Positions 39,745-51,808 of a DNA stretch of 64,000 nucleotides are shown piece by piece (position 1 is the first letter of the stretch; every line of letters starts with the position of its first letter). The position numbers were made by a program, and so were the translations under genes. Source of the stretch: an uncultured delta proteobacterium (GTDB taxonomy: Bacteria > Desulfobacterota > Binatia > Binatales > Binataceae); NCBI GenBank assembly GCA_963808235.1, contig CAWEEQ010000004.1, positions 512,001-576,000 of the forward strand, in the 5' to 3' direction. A model generated the notes under the pieces. That model did not search any database. It was given only the letters and a program-made list of their open reading frames with translations, and was not told the origin of the DNA.

Positions 39745-40386
39745 ATGATCAAACTCTACGACTTCCTGTCCTGCCCCTACGGTCAAAAGGTGCGTATCGT
39801 GCTGGCCGAAAAGGCCCTCACCTACGACCTGGTCCCGGTCGATCTCGCGCAGCATGAAAATCGCAAGCCGGAGTTCGTCCGCTTGAACCCGTTCGCGCGC
39901 GTGCCGGTGCTGGTCGATGACGACACCACCATCTACGACTCGACCATCATCAACGAGTACATCGAGGACGAGTATCCCGAGCCGCCGGTGCTGCCCGCGA
40001 TCGGATCGAGTGCGATGCGCTCGCGCGCGCGCTCGTTCGAAGATTTCGCCGATACCTCGTTCACGCCGCAAGTCGGCCAGCTAATCTCCGAGGTCTCGAA
40101 GCCCGAAGGCGACCGCGACCAGGCTCGCATCCAGCGGCTCCATCAGTCGGTCGAGCGCGTGCTCGATTATCTGAATCACGAGCTGCAGGGCAACAATTTC
40201 CTGGCCGGCGAGTTCTCGGTCGCGGACATCGGCTTTGCGCCGCGGATGCTGGTACTCGGCGAGATCGGGATCGACGTGCTCGGCAATAATCGCGGCAACG
40301 TCGACGCATGGCTGAAGCGGATGCTCGAGCGTCCAAGTATCCGCAACCTGCAAGGCGTCGCCGCAGTCCCGGTAGCCGGCGGCTAG
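39745..40386 (+). CDS. Glutathione S-transferase family protein
   Basis: Motifs 'CPYGQKVRI', 'LNPFARVPVL', 'DSTIINEYI' and 'FSVADI'. Confidence 0.92.
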   Translation: MIKLYDFLSCPYGQKVRIVLAEKALTYDLVPVDLAQHENRKPEFVRLNPFARVPVLVDDDTTIYDSTIINEYIEDEYPEPPVLPAIGSSAMRSRARSFEDFADTSFTPQVGQLISEVSKPEGDRDQARIQRLHQSVERVLDYLNHELQGNNFLAGEFSVADIGFAPRMLVLGEIGIDVLGNNRGNVDAWLKRMLERPSIRNLQGVAAVPVAGG

Positions 40387-40415
40387 TAAGAGAAACGCTC
40401 AATGCTCCTTCATAT

Positions 40416-40450
40416 CCCTCTCCTTGTCCAAGGAGAGGGTTAGGGAGAGG
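40416..40450. repeat. REP-like hairpin, family B (CCCTCTCC..GGAGAGGGTTAGGGAGAGG)
   Basis: Hairpin with a GGTTAGGG tail; a related copy lies at 61136-61171. Confidence 0.6.
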
Positions 40451-40501
40451 TTTCACGCTCGATGCCATCTTCGTCGCACGCCGATTCTTATGCGGTCTCT
40501 G

Positions 40502-41560
40502 ATGGCAGCCGGCAATCTCCGCTCCTGGATCTTCGCGACCGCGATAATCCTCGCATCCTGCTCCGCCGATTCAACGCAGCGAATGTCTCAGGCTATGGGC
40601 GTCGAGAGTCAACAATCGCAACAGCAGCTCGACTCTCAGAACTCCAGCTCGGCGCCGGCCTGGTTGAATGAGCTGAACCGGCTCCGTGCGACTGGCGGTC
40701 TAACGCCGGTTGGTGAGAATGCCGAGCTTAGCCGCGACTGCGACGCCCATGCGAAATATCTCGTCGAACAGGGCCCGCCCGGTGCGCCTCAGTTTGTAGC
40801 GTATGAAATGGCTCTCGGACTTGGCGCTCATCACGAAGATACGACCAGCCCGCATTTCACTGCGGCGGGCGCCGAGTGTGCGGCGGGCGGCAAGCCGGAG
40901 CCGAACGTGTCGCAGAGCAATGACGTCGCATGGGGACGCGATCCGATCGATGACCTCGACGGTCTTTTCTATGATGCCCCGTTCCACCGGCTATCGCTGC
41001 TGGCCTCGTGGGCCAGCGTAGCTGGTTATGGTACCTACGGCGACTATCCGCGACGTGTTGGCACTCTGGCGCTGCGCGGAGAGGGCGGCATCGGCTCGCC
41101 CCTGATACGTTTCCCGACCGATGGCAGCACGGTCCCGATAGGACAGGTGCATAACTTCGAGATACCGAACCCGCTCTCATCATGCGCAGGTTACAGCCTG
41201 CCGGTAGGGCTTCCGATTACTGTCCAAGTCGGCTCTGGCTATCGAGGCAAGATGCTCTCATATTCGGTGCGCGGGCCAACCGGCGCTGTTGAGGTCTGCG
41301 GATTCGATTGGACGAGCTATCAGAATCCCGACTCCAGGACTCAACAGCTCGCGAGAGAAATCCTCCGCGCCTTCGGAGCGATCGTTCTTATTCCGCGCGA
41401 GCCTTTAGCCAACGGCCGCTATGCGGTTGCAGTATCGACCGGACGGCAGAACTTCGAATGGAGTTTTACTGTCGCCTCGAATACCTCAGCCGTCGTGACG
41501 CCCGCCTCGAGGGATAAAGCGCTCGTGTTCATGAAGCTTAACCCGCGTCGCGATGACTAA
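40502..41560 (+). CDS. CAP/SCP-domain lipoprotein
   Basis: Lipobox 'ILASC'; CAP motifs 'LN.LR...GL.PV', 'AHA.YL' and 'PFHR..LL'. Confidence 0.75.
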   Translation: MAAGNLRSWIFATAIILASCSADSTQRMSQAMGVESQQSQQQLDSQNSSSAPAWLNELNRLRATGGLTPVGENAELSRDCDAHAKYLVEQGPPGAPQFVAYEMALGLGAHHEDTTSPHFTAAGAECAAGGKPEPNVSQSNDVAWGRDPIDDLDGLFYDAPFHRLSLLASWASVAGYGTYGDYPRRVGTLALRGEGGIGSPLIRFPTDGSTVPIGQVHNFEIPNPLSSCAGYSLPVGLPITVQVGSGYRGKMLSYSVRGPTGAVEVCGFDWTSYQNPDSRTQQLAREILRAFGAIVLIPREPLANGRYAVAVSTGRQNFEWSFTVASNTSAVVTPASRDKALVFMKLNPRRDD

Positions 41561-42282
41561 ACGCCTTTTCGTAGCTGCTCTTCATAGAAACCCGCCAACG
41601 ACTCGAGCGCTAAGCTGACATCGCCTGAAAACGACGGGCCATGCATTACCGCCAGGTTGCGCGGCGACAGTGCGGCGAGCTTGCGAACCATCGGCGCCGT
41701 TTTTGGCGAGATCGCCGTGAATGAGAGCCGCCGCTCGACGTCGATCGCCGGCCCCACTATGTCTGCATCCGTCAATGCGGGTCCGTCACCCATCTGGGTA
41801 AAAAGATCGCTGCAGAAAAGCGTGCCGGTGTTCTCTTCGTAAATTAATCCCGCGTCCCAGCAGTGCGGCAGATGCGGTGTATCGATACGGCGAACTCTCT
41901 TTCCGCCGAGATCGAGCACCTCGCCGTTGCCGAGCGCGCGCGGCGGCCGCACCGCGGCATCCTTCAGCCAGATGTTGCAGCCAATATTGCCGTGCGCCGC
42001 CGTCGCGTTCGGCGCCGCGCCGAGCCATTCGTTCATCGATCCGCACTCGTCGGCCTCAACGTGGCTGAATGTGATCCAGCGTAACCGGTCGATCGCGATG
42101 ACTCCGCCGGCGGCTGCCGAAACCGACGGGAATAGAGATCGCTGCCCGCAATGAAACAGCAGCGGCTCGTCCGCGTCGATCAGAAACTGATTGAAGTTGA
42201 GGCCACCCGGACCAGCAGTTCCGGGAACAAAGGTGGATAGCCGGTAGATTTTGTCAGCGATCTCGTCGACTCGCGTTTCCAT
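41557..42282 (-). CDS. MBL-fold metallo-hydrolase (FprA N-terminal/ODP-like)
   Basis: Motifs 'SHVEADECG', 'PHLPHCW', 'LFCSDLF' and 'MHG'. Confidence 0.85.
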   Translation of the reverse strand: METRVDEIADKIYRLSTFVPGTAGPGGLNFNQFLIDADEPLLFHCGQRSLFPSVSAAAGGVIAIDRLRWITFSHVEADECGSMNEWLGAAPNATAAHGNIGCNIWLKDAAVRPPRALGNGEVLDLGGKRVRRIDTPHLPHCWDAGLIYEENTGTLFCSDLFTQMGDGPALTDADIVGPAIDVERRLSFTAISPKTAPMVRKLAALSPRNLAVMHGPSFSGDVSLALESLAGFYEEQLRKGV

Positions 42283-42451
42283 TTCGGTATGCCTCTACTG
42301 ATTCGGATCTCTCTTGCCCCGGATTGGCGCCCCGTTTGGTTATATGAGTAACAATCAAAACATACTCAACGTTACCAGCCGTGGTACCGTAATGAGTGAT
42401 GAATGGAAAGCTAACGACGGACGCGAGAACACGGGGAGAGGCAAAATCACG

Positions 42452-42607
42452 ATGCTATTGATTCTCATCATCCTGCTGATTCTGTTCGGCACCGGCGGTG
42501 GCTACAGAACCTATCATCATGGAGCCAGGGATAAAGGCGGCTTGCTGATGCTGGTGCTGATGGTCGTATTGATAGTCTGGTTAGTCGACGGCGGCCTGCA
42601 CGTCTGA
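42452..42607 (+). CDS. Small membrane protein (DUF3309-like)
   Basis: MLLILIILLILFG.GGGY...GG...LV.IVWL pattern; GGGGAG RBS. Confidence 0.6.
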   Translation: MLLILIILLILFGTGGGYRTYHHGARDKGGLLMLVLMVVLIVWLVDGGLHV

Positions 42608-42703
42608 CCATTTGATCGCATCGTAGCCGGGAATTGCGTCGCGCCGTCTCCCTCTGCTCGACGGGCTTCCTCCTGCTAGGGTTTGCCCGTGCGACCCTCA
42701 AGT

Positions 42704-44014
42704 ATGCCCGAAGCACGCGGCGGCTCCGTGGAGTCGAGCCATGCCGACGACGCGCCATCGCGGCGGAAAATCCTCTCCTACTTTGCGCTGCTGAATCTCT
42801 CGGTTGGCTTGGGAACGCCGCTGACCGGACTCGCCACGATACCGATTTACTACATCCTGAAAGACCAGCTCCGCCTGGCGCCGTTCGAGCTCGCGATGTT
42901 CGTCGCGATTGCCAGCACTCCCGCTTACGTCGGCTTTCTCTTCGGCTTCATCCGCGATCGATGGCGCCCGCGCGTCTGGAACGATCGCGCCTACCTCTTG
43001 CTCGGCGGCGTGATAGCTCTGGGAGCCTATCTGTGGCTGAGCCGGGCGCCGACCGAATATTACGCGCTGCTCCGCGGGGTGGTGATCGCCGGCGTGGCAT
43101 ACACGATTATTGCCGCTGCCGCGCAGGGCCTGATGACTGTCGTGGCGCAGGCGCATCTGATGACCGGCCGGCTAAGCGTCGTTTTTGGATTCGGGATTTT
43201 TGTGCCCCTGGTCGTGTCAGCTTTGCTCGGCGGATGGCTGGTCGCGCACGTGTCGGCGCGCGGCACCTTCATCCTAGCCGGATGCGCGACGGCCGTGATC
43301 GTGGCGCAGGCGTTCTGGCAAATGGACGCGGCGCCCGGCCCGACCCGCCGCGACCGCGACGCCCCCGAAAGCGGCCTCTCCGCGCTCGCCCGCCTGATGG
43401 CGCATCGCCCAATCTGGCCAGCCGCGCTGATCTGGTTCCTGTGGAACTTTTCGCCGGGATGGGGAACTCCGATGTTCTATCATCTGACTCAAACGGTGAA
43501 GATTTCGAGCCAACTGTTCGGCACGTTCACCGCCCTGCAGTGGGGATTCTTTCTTCCGACCACCTTGCTCTATGGAGCCGTATGCCGGCGGATTCCGCTC
43601 GCGCAGCTCCTGTGGTGGGGCACGATCGTCGCGATTCTCCAGGGGCCGATCATGTTCTTTGCCGATAGCGCCGGCAGCGCAATCGCGGTGGCGATCGGGT
43701 TTGGCCTGTTCGGCGGTTTTGCCACCGCCGCATACATCGATTTGATCATGCGCTCCTGTCCCGCAGGCCTGGAGGGAAGCGGCGTGATGCTGTCCGGCGC
43801 GGCCCTTGCCATCGCAACCAATATTGGAAATTTGTTCGGCAGCTGGATTTACGATCGCGGCGGATTTGCGCTCGCGGTTATCGTCACCACGCTCGCGACC
43901 GCGCTGATTGTGCCGGTGCTATGGTGGGTTCCGGCCGATATCACGGCTACTCGCGAAGGCGAGCGCGCGCCGCTTCCGCCCTCGGGGCAACCTGGCCTCG
44001 AGCGGGTCGATTGA
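42704..44014 (+). CDS. MFS transporter (BT1 folate/biopterin-like)
   Basis: About 12 TM segments; 'YYILKD.L.L' and 'P.Y..F.FG..RD'. Confidence 0.8.
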   Translation: MPEARGGSVESSHADDAPSRRKILSYFALLNLSVGLGTPLTGLATIPIYYILKDQLRLAPFELAMFVAIASTPAYVGFLFGFIRDRWRPRVWNDRAYLLLGGVIALGAYLWLSRAPTEYYALLRGVVIAGVAYTIIAAAAQGLMTVVAQAHLMTGRLSVVFGFGIFVPLVVSALLGGWLVAHVSARGTFILAGCATAVIVAQAFWQMDAAPGPTRRDRDAPESGLSALARLMAHRPIWPAALIWFLWNFSPGWGTPMFYHLTQTVKISSQLFGTFTALQWGFFLPTTLLYGAVCRRIPLAQLLWWGTIVAILQGPIMFFADSAGSAIAVAIGFGLFGGFATAAYIDLIMRSCPAGLEGSGVMLSGAALAIATNIGNLFGSWIYDRGGFALAVIVTTLATALIVPVLWWVPADITATREGERAPLPPSGQPGLERVD

Positions 44015-44020
44015 CGCCTG

Positions 44021-44062
44021 AAAACGCGCGCGCCGCCCGGGAAAGCCGGACGGCGCGTGTCG
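44021..44062. terminator. Hairpin terminator between convergent genes
   Basis: GC-rich stem CGCGCCG.CCGG-GAAAG-CCGG.CGGCGCG flanked by AAAA. Confidence 0.55.
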
Positions 44063-44121
44063 TGATGATGAGTCGACGAATCTGGAGACGGTCTGCCTAG
44101 ACTAGACGATCCGCATCGGAG

Positions 44122-44424
44122 TTAATAGCGGGAATCGGCCCCGACTTCATCGTCGTCGCTACGCGTCGGGCCCACTCCGATTGCGCGAAAGAACAGTTTG
44201 GCGGCGAAAAGCTTATCGCCGACGCGTCCCTGAGACTTCAGGAAACCGCCGTGCCGCTTGCAGTGCGGACAGGCGATCGGCCCGCTTAACAGGCCCGCGT
44301 TCTCCGGCGTGATTTTAAGGTCGAACTTAAACCCGCAACCTGGATTCTGGCAAATCGTGCGATATACCACACCATTGCCGCCGCTCGTCCGCTTGGATTC
44401 ATGTTTGCTTGCTGCTGATTGCAT
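44122..44424 (-). CDS. Small zinc-ribbon protein
   Basis: 'CQNPGC' and 'CPHC' Cys pairs; GGAGG RBS. Confidence 0.7.
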   Translation of the reverse strand: MQSAASKHESKRTSGGNGVVYRTICQNPGCGFKFDLKITPENAGLLSGPIACPHCKRHGGFLKSQGRVGDKLFAAKLFFRAIGVGPTRSDDDEVGADSRY

Positions 44425-44809
44425 TTTTTTCCTCCTCCCCTCTGGAGAGGTCGCTATCGGCTACCATAGCCAATTGCTAGAACCTTAGACGTAAACACTA
44501 CGTGAAAGTTTCAAGCAAGCCCCGTGCCCCCGCGCCTGGTTGGCGAGCGGATGCATTATTGAGTAAAATCAAGCAAAATTGGGTAGAGAACTCCTTTTAC
44601 TGAATCTTTGACTTTCCGGACTTCGCAAAAATTCCTGCAGGTTTTGCCATACGGTGACATTTCGGGACTGCAGCAGGCTGCCATAGATGTGATTTCGTCA
44701 AAAGGCTTTCGATGCCGTCGCGCTCAACCTATACTTGGCGGGCTGAACTTTCGAGCCGCGAAATGGGTCTTTCAGACCGCATGACCAGAAAACTGAAACT
44801 CTTGTTCCG

Positions 44810-46045
<1,236 letters not shown>

Positions 46046-46050
46046 TTACA

Positions 46051-47139
46051 ATGTCGTCCGCACCTTCATCCGCAACGTCTGAAGTAGACAACCGGCAATC
46101 GGCGCCTGCGGCGCGCGGCATATTGAGCCGCGGGACGGCGCCAGCAGGCTCCAGGAGCGGCGCCGCGAAGCCATCGGACTTTCCAGTCTCGCGCGGAATC
46201 GAGCAAAGCGCCCGTCTCGAGCTTGGACTCAAAGACCGGCTGATCTTCTGGATCATGGTCGCCGTGCTCCACGCAATCAGCATCCTTCCCGATTTCCTTC
46301 TCTATCCTCTCGGCGTTGCCGGCGGATGGCTCGCGTATCATCTCGATCGCCGCCACGCGCGAATCGGGATCCGCAATCTCGAGATCGCGTTTCCCGAGCG
46401 GACCGACGCCGAGCGCCGCGAAATACTGTGCGCCTCTTACATGAATCTTGGCCGGACCGGAGCGGAATACATCCGGCTCGGCGGATTTTTCTATCGCCGG
46501 CTCGCGCGCCGCGTCACTTACAACCGCGTCGACATCTGGAACGAACTCAAAAGGAAACATCCCGGAAAGGGCGCGCTGATCCTGACCGCGCACTTTGGAA
46601 ATTTCGAGCTGCTGCCCGCCGGTCACGCGCTGCACGGATTCCAGATAAGCCTGGTCCATCATACCCAGCGCTTTCTTGCCGGCGATGCGCTCATGACCTT
46701 CATCCGCGAACGCGCGGGCGTTCAGATCATCCGCAAGCACAAGGCCGCGCGCGAGATGCTGCGGACCCTGATGCGCGGCGACCTGATCGGGATTCCCTTC
46801 GATCAGAACGCCAAGCGCTCCGAGGCAATCTGGGTCCCTTTCTTCGGTGAGCTGGCCGCGACCCCGAGCGGTTTCGATCGACTCGCGATGATCGCGGGCG
46901 CGCCGGTCGTGCCGGCCTTCATCGTCCGCCAGCCGGACGGCCGCAGCCACGTGATCGAAGTCTACGAAGAGATCGAACAGCAGCGCACCGGCGACAAGGA
47001 AGCGGACGCGCTTGCGAACACAGCCCGCTACCAGCAGGCAATCGAAGAGATGGTCCGCGCCCACCCCGACCAGTGGCTATGGACCCACCGCCGCTACCGC
47101 ACCCGCCCCGTCAGGGGAACCCCGTCGCTGTACGCCTGA
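46051..47139 (+). CDS. Lipid A late acyltransferase (LpxL/HtrB family); start uncertain
   Basis: Motifs 'AHFGNFE', 'DQ', 'VPFFG' and 'PDQWLW.HRR'. Confidence 0.88.
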   Translation: MSSAPSSATSEVDNRQSAPAARGILSRGTAPAGSRSGAAKPSDFPVSRGIEQSARLELGLKDRLIFWIMVAVLHAISILPDFLLYPLGVAGGWLAYHLDRRHARIGIRNLEIAFPERTDAERREILCASYMNLGRTGAEYIRLGGFFYRRLARRVTYNRVDIWNELKRKHPGKGALILTAHFGNFELLPAGHALHGFQISLVHHTQRFLAGDALMTFIRERAGVQIIRKHKAAREMLRTLMRGDLIGIPFDQNAKRSEAIWVPFFGELAATPSGFDRLAMIAGAPVVPAFIVRQPDGRSHVIEVYEEIEQQRTGDKEADALANTARYQQAIEEMVRAHPDQWLWTHRRYRTRPVRGTPSLYA

Positions 47140-47297
47140 GTTCCTCCGCGAAGCAGACCTTTGCGCAACGAGCGCTGCCACGAGGTTCCCAATAGCCTCG
47201 CCCCTCGGGTGAGGGCGCTCGAATCGAGCTGAATGGGTGCCTACCCGCAAAACCACGAACCATAGTGTAAAATGTCGATTTCGCCTCAAATCGACCA

Positions 47298-48221
47298 TCA
47301 CGTTATACGCCGTTTTAGCCACGCTTTGCCGAGCGACCACGTGATCAACCAGCCGATTTTTCCGCGCCCGGTCAGCGGACGGATCGCGACAAAAATGACT
47401 ATCGCGATCACCCAGGCGGCTGCGCCGCCGATCAGCGGAATCGGACCGGCGCCGGCAATCCACCACGGCAGGGCGCCACGTCCGAGAACGATCTTCGGCC
47501 ACAGCTTCGCGCCGAGCACGAATCCGCAGTGCAGGCCCATCGAAAAATACACGCTTCCGGTGATCAGAAACGCTTCGCCAAGCACGATTCCGAGCAAAAA
47601 TAGCCCGATCAGAGTCGGAATCGCAGTCGCGGGATGACTCAACTGGTCAATGCTGTGCCCGAGCGTCACGAGTCCGGCGGCAGGCTCGTATCGGGTCACA
47701 TAAAAATGCGCCGGTGATCGCACCAGGTGCGCGACCGCATAGAATGCCGCGCTCGCGAGGAGAGCTACCCGGTTGCCGAAGTCTGTCTTCAATCCGCCGA
47801 GCAGAAATGCTCGGAAGAATCCTTCTTCGATAATTGCAATCGCGATCGCCGACAAGATGTAACCCGGAACGCGCGATTCGACTGCTCCGAAACCGCCCAT
47901 GCCACTGCCGCTGGCTCTCAGAGCCAGTGCAAACAGAATCGCAAGCGCGCAAAACGCTACGATGAGCCCGCGAATCACGCGCGCCGAGCTCTCCCGCACC
48001 GGATGCACGAAGCCGCCTCTCAGCAGCGCGACGAGCTTCAAGTCGCGCGCCGCCCAAATCATCGCGAGCAGCAGCGTCGCCATCACGGTCCGATCGAAGA
48101 TTCGCGGAAACGGATAGCGCCATCCTGCCGATGCCACCGCGACCGCTGCGATCGGCGCGACGATCACTGCCGCAATCAATCCGGCGACCAGTGCGAGCGC
48201 GAACTTCGCCGTGAACGACAT
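47298..48221 (-). CDS. CPBP (CAAX protease-like) intramembrane metalloprotease
   Basis: Motifs 'EEGFFR', 'FYAVAH' and 'GLH'; ATG at 48221. Confidence 0.85.
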   Translation of the reverse strand: MSFTAKFALALVAGLIAAVIVAPIAAVAVASAGWRYPFPRIFDRTVMATLLLAMIWAARDLKLVALLRGGFVHPVRESSARVIRGLIVAFCALAILFALALRASGSGMGGFGAVESRVPGYILSAIAIAIIEEGFFRAFLLGGLKTDFGNRVALLASAAFYAVAHLVRSPAHFYVTRYEPAAGLVTLGHSIDQLSHPATAIPTLIGLFLLGIVLGEAFLITGSVYFSMGLHCGFVLGAKLWPKIVLGRGALPWWIAGAGPIPLIGGAAAWVIAIVIFVAIRPLTGRGKIGWLITWSLGKAWLKRRIT

Positions 48222-48247
48222 CGCCGATCGCGAATGGAGACTCAGAT

Positions 48248-48970
48248 TCAGCGCGGGCGCTCCGGATCGAACTGCGGCTCGAGAATCGTTTCGACCGGAC
48301 ACGAGCTCGTGGGAGAGCTGATGATTTGCATCACCGCTTTCGCGACCGCGGCCGGCGACAGCATCGCGTTGCGATCGAGCCGCTTGTTGTTTGGAATGAG
48401 CGCCGTATCGACAAGTCCCGGAGTGATGACCGCGAGTTTGACGCCGTGCTGCCGAAGTTCCGCGAACGACGCGTGCGTGAACGCGACCAGCCCCGCTTTG
48501 GTAGCCGCATAGACCGCCTCGCCGGCCGGCATTTTGCGCGCCGCTGACGACGCGACATTGATGATTGTGCCGCTGCCCTGCGCCGTCATCCGCGCCGCGG
48601 CCATCCGAGTGAGCGCGATCGGCGCGCGCAGGTTCACGGCAAGCATCCGGTCCTGATCGTCGCCACGAGTCTTGGTGAGCGGCGTCCGCGGCGGCGCCCA
48701 TCCCGCGTTGTTCACCAGCACGTCGATACGTCCGTAGCATTCGAGCGCGGCGTCGATCAGAGAATCGGGCGCGTCGATTTCGGCGAGATCGATCAGCACG
48801 ATCAGAGCGCGATCCGGCGGCAGCCCGGTCAGCGCGCGCGTCTCTTCGAGCTGCTCGCGAGTGCGCGCCGCGAGGCACAATGAGAACCCCGCCTGCGCGA
48901 GCTCGAGCGCGATCGCACGTCCGATACCACGGCCGGCGCCGGTAACAATCGCGACACGATCGTCACTCAT
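48248..48970 (-). CDS. SDR family oxidoreductase
   Basis: Motifs 'TGAGRGIG', 'NNAG' and 'YAATK'. Confidence 0.93.
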   Translation of the reverse strand: MSDDRVAIVTGAGRGIGRAIALELAQAGFSLCLAARTREQLEETRALTGLPPDRALIVLIDLAEIDAPDSLIDAALECYGRIDVLVNNAGWAPPRTPLTKTRGDDQDRMLAVNLRAPIALTRMAAARMTAQGSGTIINVASSAARKMPAGEAVYAATKAGLVAFTHASFAELRQHGVKLAVITPGLVDTALIPNNKRLDRNAMLSPAAVAKAVMQIISSPTSSCPVETILEPQFDPERPR

Positions 48971-49080
48971 CTGGAGTGTGCTCCGATGGCGCTGGCTTGC
49001 ACTGGGGTAAAGGCTCGCACAGACTGACGATAATATCCGGGCCGGCCCGATGAGGGCCACCGACTTGGAAAGCGCGATGT

Positions 49081-50440
49081 ATGATGAATAGCCAGGTTTT
49101 CCGCGAATACGATATCCGCGGCATCGTCGAAAATGACTTCGACGACGCCTTCGTAGTCGATCTCGGGCGCGGATACGCAACGCTGCTGCATCGCGCTGGG
49201 AAGAAAACGATCACGCTCGGGCGCGATTGCCGCCTCTCCTCAGATCGCTTGCACGATCGCTTGATCGAAGGCCTGCTCCCGGCCGGCATCGACGTGGTCG
49301 ACGTCGGCGTGGTGCCGACGCCGCTGCTCTACTTTTCGGTGCTGAGCTGGAAGATGGATGGCGGTGCGATGATCACCGGCAGTCATAACAGTGCCGAGTA
49401 CAACGGCTTCAAGCTCGGGGTCGGCCCGACGACGATTCACGGCGCCGAGATTCAGCGGCTGCGCGAGATAATCGAGCGCCGCGATTTCGCGACCCGCGGC
49501 GCGAAAGGCAAGCTCTCGGAGCGCCCGGTCGTCCCCGACTACAACGATTTCATCCTCTCGCAGTTCAAGTTGAAGCAGGGTCTCAAGGTGGTCGTCGACG
49601 GCGGCAACGGATGCGGCGGCGTCGTCGCGGCGCCCCTGATGAAACGGCTCGGACTCGAAACGATCGAACTCTATACCGAGATGGACGGCCGCTTCCCGAA
49701 CCATCATCCCGATCCCACGGTCGAGGAGAACATGCGCGATCTGATCGCCGCGGTGAAAAAGAATCGCGCGGATATCGGTATCGCATATGACGGCGACGCC
49801 GATCGCGTCGGCGCGGTCGACGAGAACGGCAGGATCGTGTGGGGCGACGAGCTGATGGTCGCGTTCTCGCGCGCGATTCTGAAAGAGCGGCCCGGCGCGA
49901 CAATTATCGGCGACGTCAAATGCTCCAAACGGATGTACGACGATATCGCGAGCCACGGCGGCCGCCCGATCATGTGGAAGACCGGCCATTCGCTGATCAA
50001 GAGCAAACTGAAAGAGGAGCACGCCGCGCTCGCCGGCGAGATGAGCGGGCACATGTTCTTCGCCGACCGCTACTTCGGCTTCGACGACGCGATCTACGCC
50101 TCGTTCCGCATCCTCGAGATCCTGAGCCGCGAGGGACGCGGACTCGCCGCGATCCTGGCCGATCTTCCGCAAGAGTCACTTCACGCCTGAGATTCGCCTC
50201 GACTGTCCCGACGATCGCAAATTCGAAGTGGTGCGCCGCGCCGCCGATTTCTTTCGCCGCAATTACGAGGTGATCGATATCGACGGAGTGCGGGTGAACT
50301 TTGCCGACGGATGGGGCCTGGTGCGCGCATCCAACACGCAGCCGGCGCTGGTCATGCGCTTCGAAGCTAACAGCGACACGCGACTCGCCGAGATTCGCGC
50401 GCTGTTCGAAAACAAGCTCCGCGAGCTAGGCGCGATCTGA
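49081..50440 (+). CDS. algC: Phosphomannomutase/phosphoglucomutase (AlgC-like), 1-nt frameshift near 50170
   Basis: Motifs 'FREYDIRG', 'TGSHN', 'DGDADR' and 'GEMSGH'. C-terminus 'TPEIR..DGVR..GWGLVRASNTQP' is in a shifted frame. Confidence 0.9.
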
Positions 50441-50451
50441 GCCATTCGAAG

Positions 50452-51522
50452 ATGCCCCAAACTTCCCGGCTAGCGCCGGCCTCGGTACTGATTATCGCGG
50501 GCGGCCGCGGCACGCGCTTCTGGCCCGCAAGCCGGGAGGCGCGCCCCAAGCCGCTCTTCTCGATCGATGGCAAAACGAGTCTGCTCGCGGACACGGTCGC
50601 GCGCCACATTCCGCTCATTCCGCGCGAGCGAATTTTCGTTCTAGCCGCTGCGGCGCATCAGGCGCCGTTTCGGCGTGCGCTGCAACGCCTGATTCCGGGG
50701 CGGAACCTGATCGTCGAACCGGACGCGCGCGGGACCGCGGTTGCAATCGCCTACGGCGCCGCGGTTATCAAGCGCCGGCTCGGAGACAACGTAATCGCCG
50801 CGGTTGCCGCCGATCATTACATCAGCACGCCGGCTGAGTATCGCCGCACTCTCGCCGATGCGATCCGTCTTGCCGCTACGCATGAATCAATCGTCGCGAT
50901 CGGGATTCCGCCGACTCGCCCCGAAACCGGCTACGGCTACCAGAAGATCGGTCGAAAAGTCGGCGCAGGATTCGTGATTGAGCGCTTCGTCGAGAAGCCG
51001 CCGCTCGCGCTCGCGCGCCGGATGGTTCAGTCGGGGAATTATTTGTGGAACGCCTCGATGTTCGTGGTATCGACGCGCACGCTCGCGCGAGAATTCGCCG
51101 AGCATTGCCCGCGACTCGGCACGGCCGCCGAAAAACTCGCGGCGACTGCGGGGACCGCGAAGCTCGCGCGCGCGTACCGGCGCCTCAAGTTCGATTCATT
51201 CGATCGCGTGATCATGGAGAAGAGCGCCCACGTGCTCGGCGTGCGCGCGCGCTTCCAATGGCATGACGTAGGCTCGTGGGAGGGTCTCCTGAAGGCGGTC
51301 GCCGACGCGCGCGGAAACGTGATGCGCGGCAACGTGATCGCGCTCGATTCCGGCCGCGTGCTGGCGCATTCGGACTCGCGGCTGATGGTGCTGCTTGGCG
51401 TGCGCGATCTTATCGTCGTGGATTCCGGCGACGCGATCCTGGTCGCGCATCGCGAGATGTCGCAGCATGTCGGCCGCGTAACCGCCGAGCTCCAGACCCG
51501 CGGCCTGCATCGTTATCTGTGA
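50452..51522 (+). CDS. manC: Mannose-1-phosphate guanylyltransferase
   Basis: Motifs 'AGG.GTRFWP.SR..PK', 'ADH', 'PETGYGY', 'FVEKP' and 'W.DVGSW'. Confidence 0.92.
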   Translation: MPQTSRLAPASVLIIAGGRGTRFWPASREARPKPLFSIDGKTSLLADTVARHIPLIPRERIFVLAAAAHQAPFRRALQRLIPGRNLIVEPDARGTAVAIAYGAAVIKRRLGDNVIAAVAADHYISTPAEYRRTLADAIRLAATHESIVAIGIPPTRPETGYGYQKIGRKVGAGFVIERFVEKPPLALARRMVQSGNYLWNASMFVVSTRTLAREFAEHCPRLGTAAEKLAATAGTAKLARAYRRLKFDSFDRVIMEKSAHVLGVRARFQWHDVGSWEGLLKAVADARGNVMRGNVIALDSGRVLAHSDSRLMVLLGVRDLIVVDSGDAILVAHREMSQHVGRVTAELQTRGLHRYL

Positions 51523-51565
51523 AATTTCGATGCCCTTGTGCCGGATATCGGCAAAGAGTGCCGAT

Positions 51566-51718
51566 GGCGAGCGTCGAGAAAGATCCGGGATTCTTCGCTT
51601 CGCGCAGAATGACAAACACATTGGACGCGGCGACTCGAAACCGGAACCGGCTTCGCTCGCGCGAAGCTGTCCGAGATCCTTCCTTCCGCTCGCGTCGCTC
51701 GCTTCGTCAGGATGACAC
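51566..51718. repeat. REP-like family A, two copies between convergent genes
   Basis: GGCGAGCGTCGAGAAAGATCCGGGATTCTTCGCTTCGCGCAGAATGACA, plus a degenerate copy ending CAGGATGACA. Confidence 0.75.
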
Positions 51719-51808
51719 AAAAGTGCTCGGCCGCGCCGACGCGCTCTCAAAAGAACTTTCAGATGACACAAAGATGAGATCGCAATAGACGCGAAGTCTG
51801 CTTCACAC

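Noticed and set aside
47298-48878. 526-aa ORF suggesting an extended CPBP fusion
   Set aside because: The N-terminal 219 codons overlap the SDR gene in another frame; the real start is 48221.
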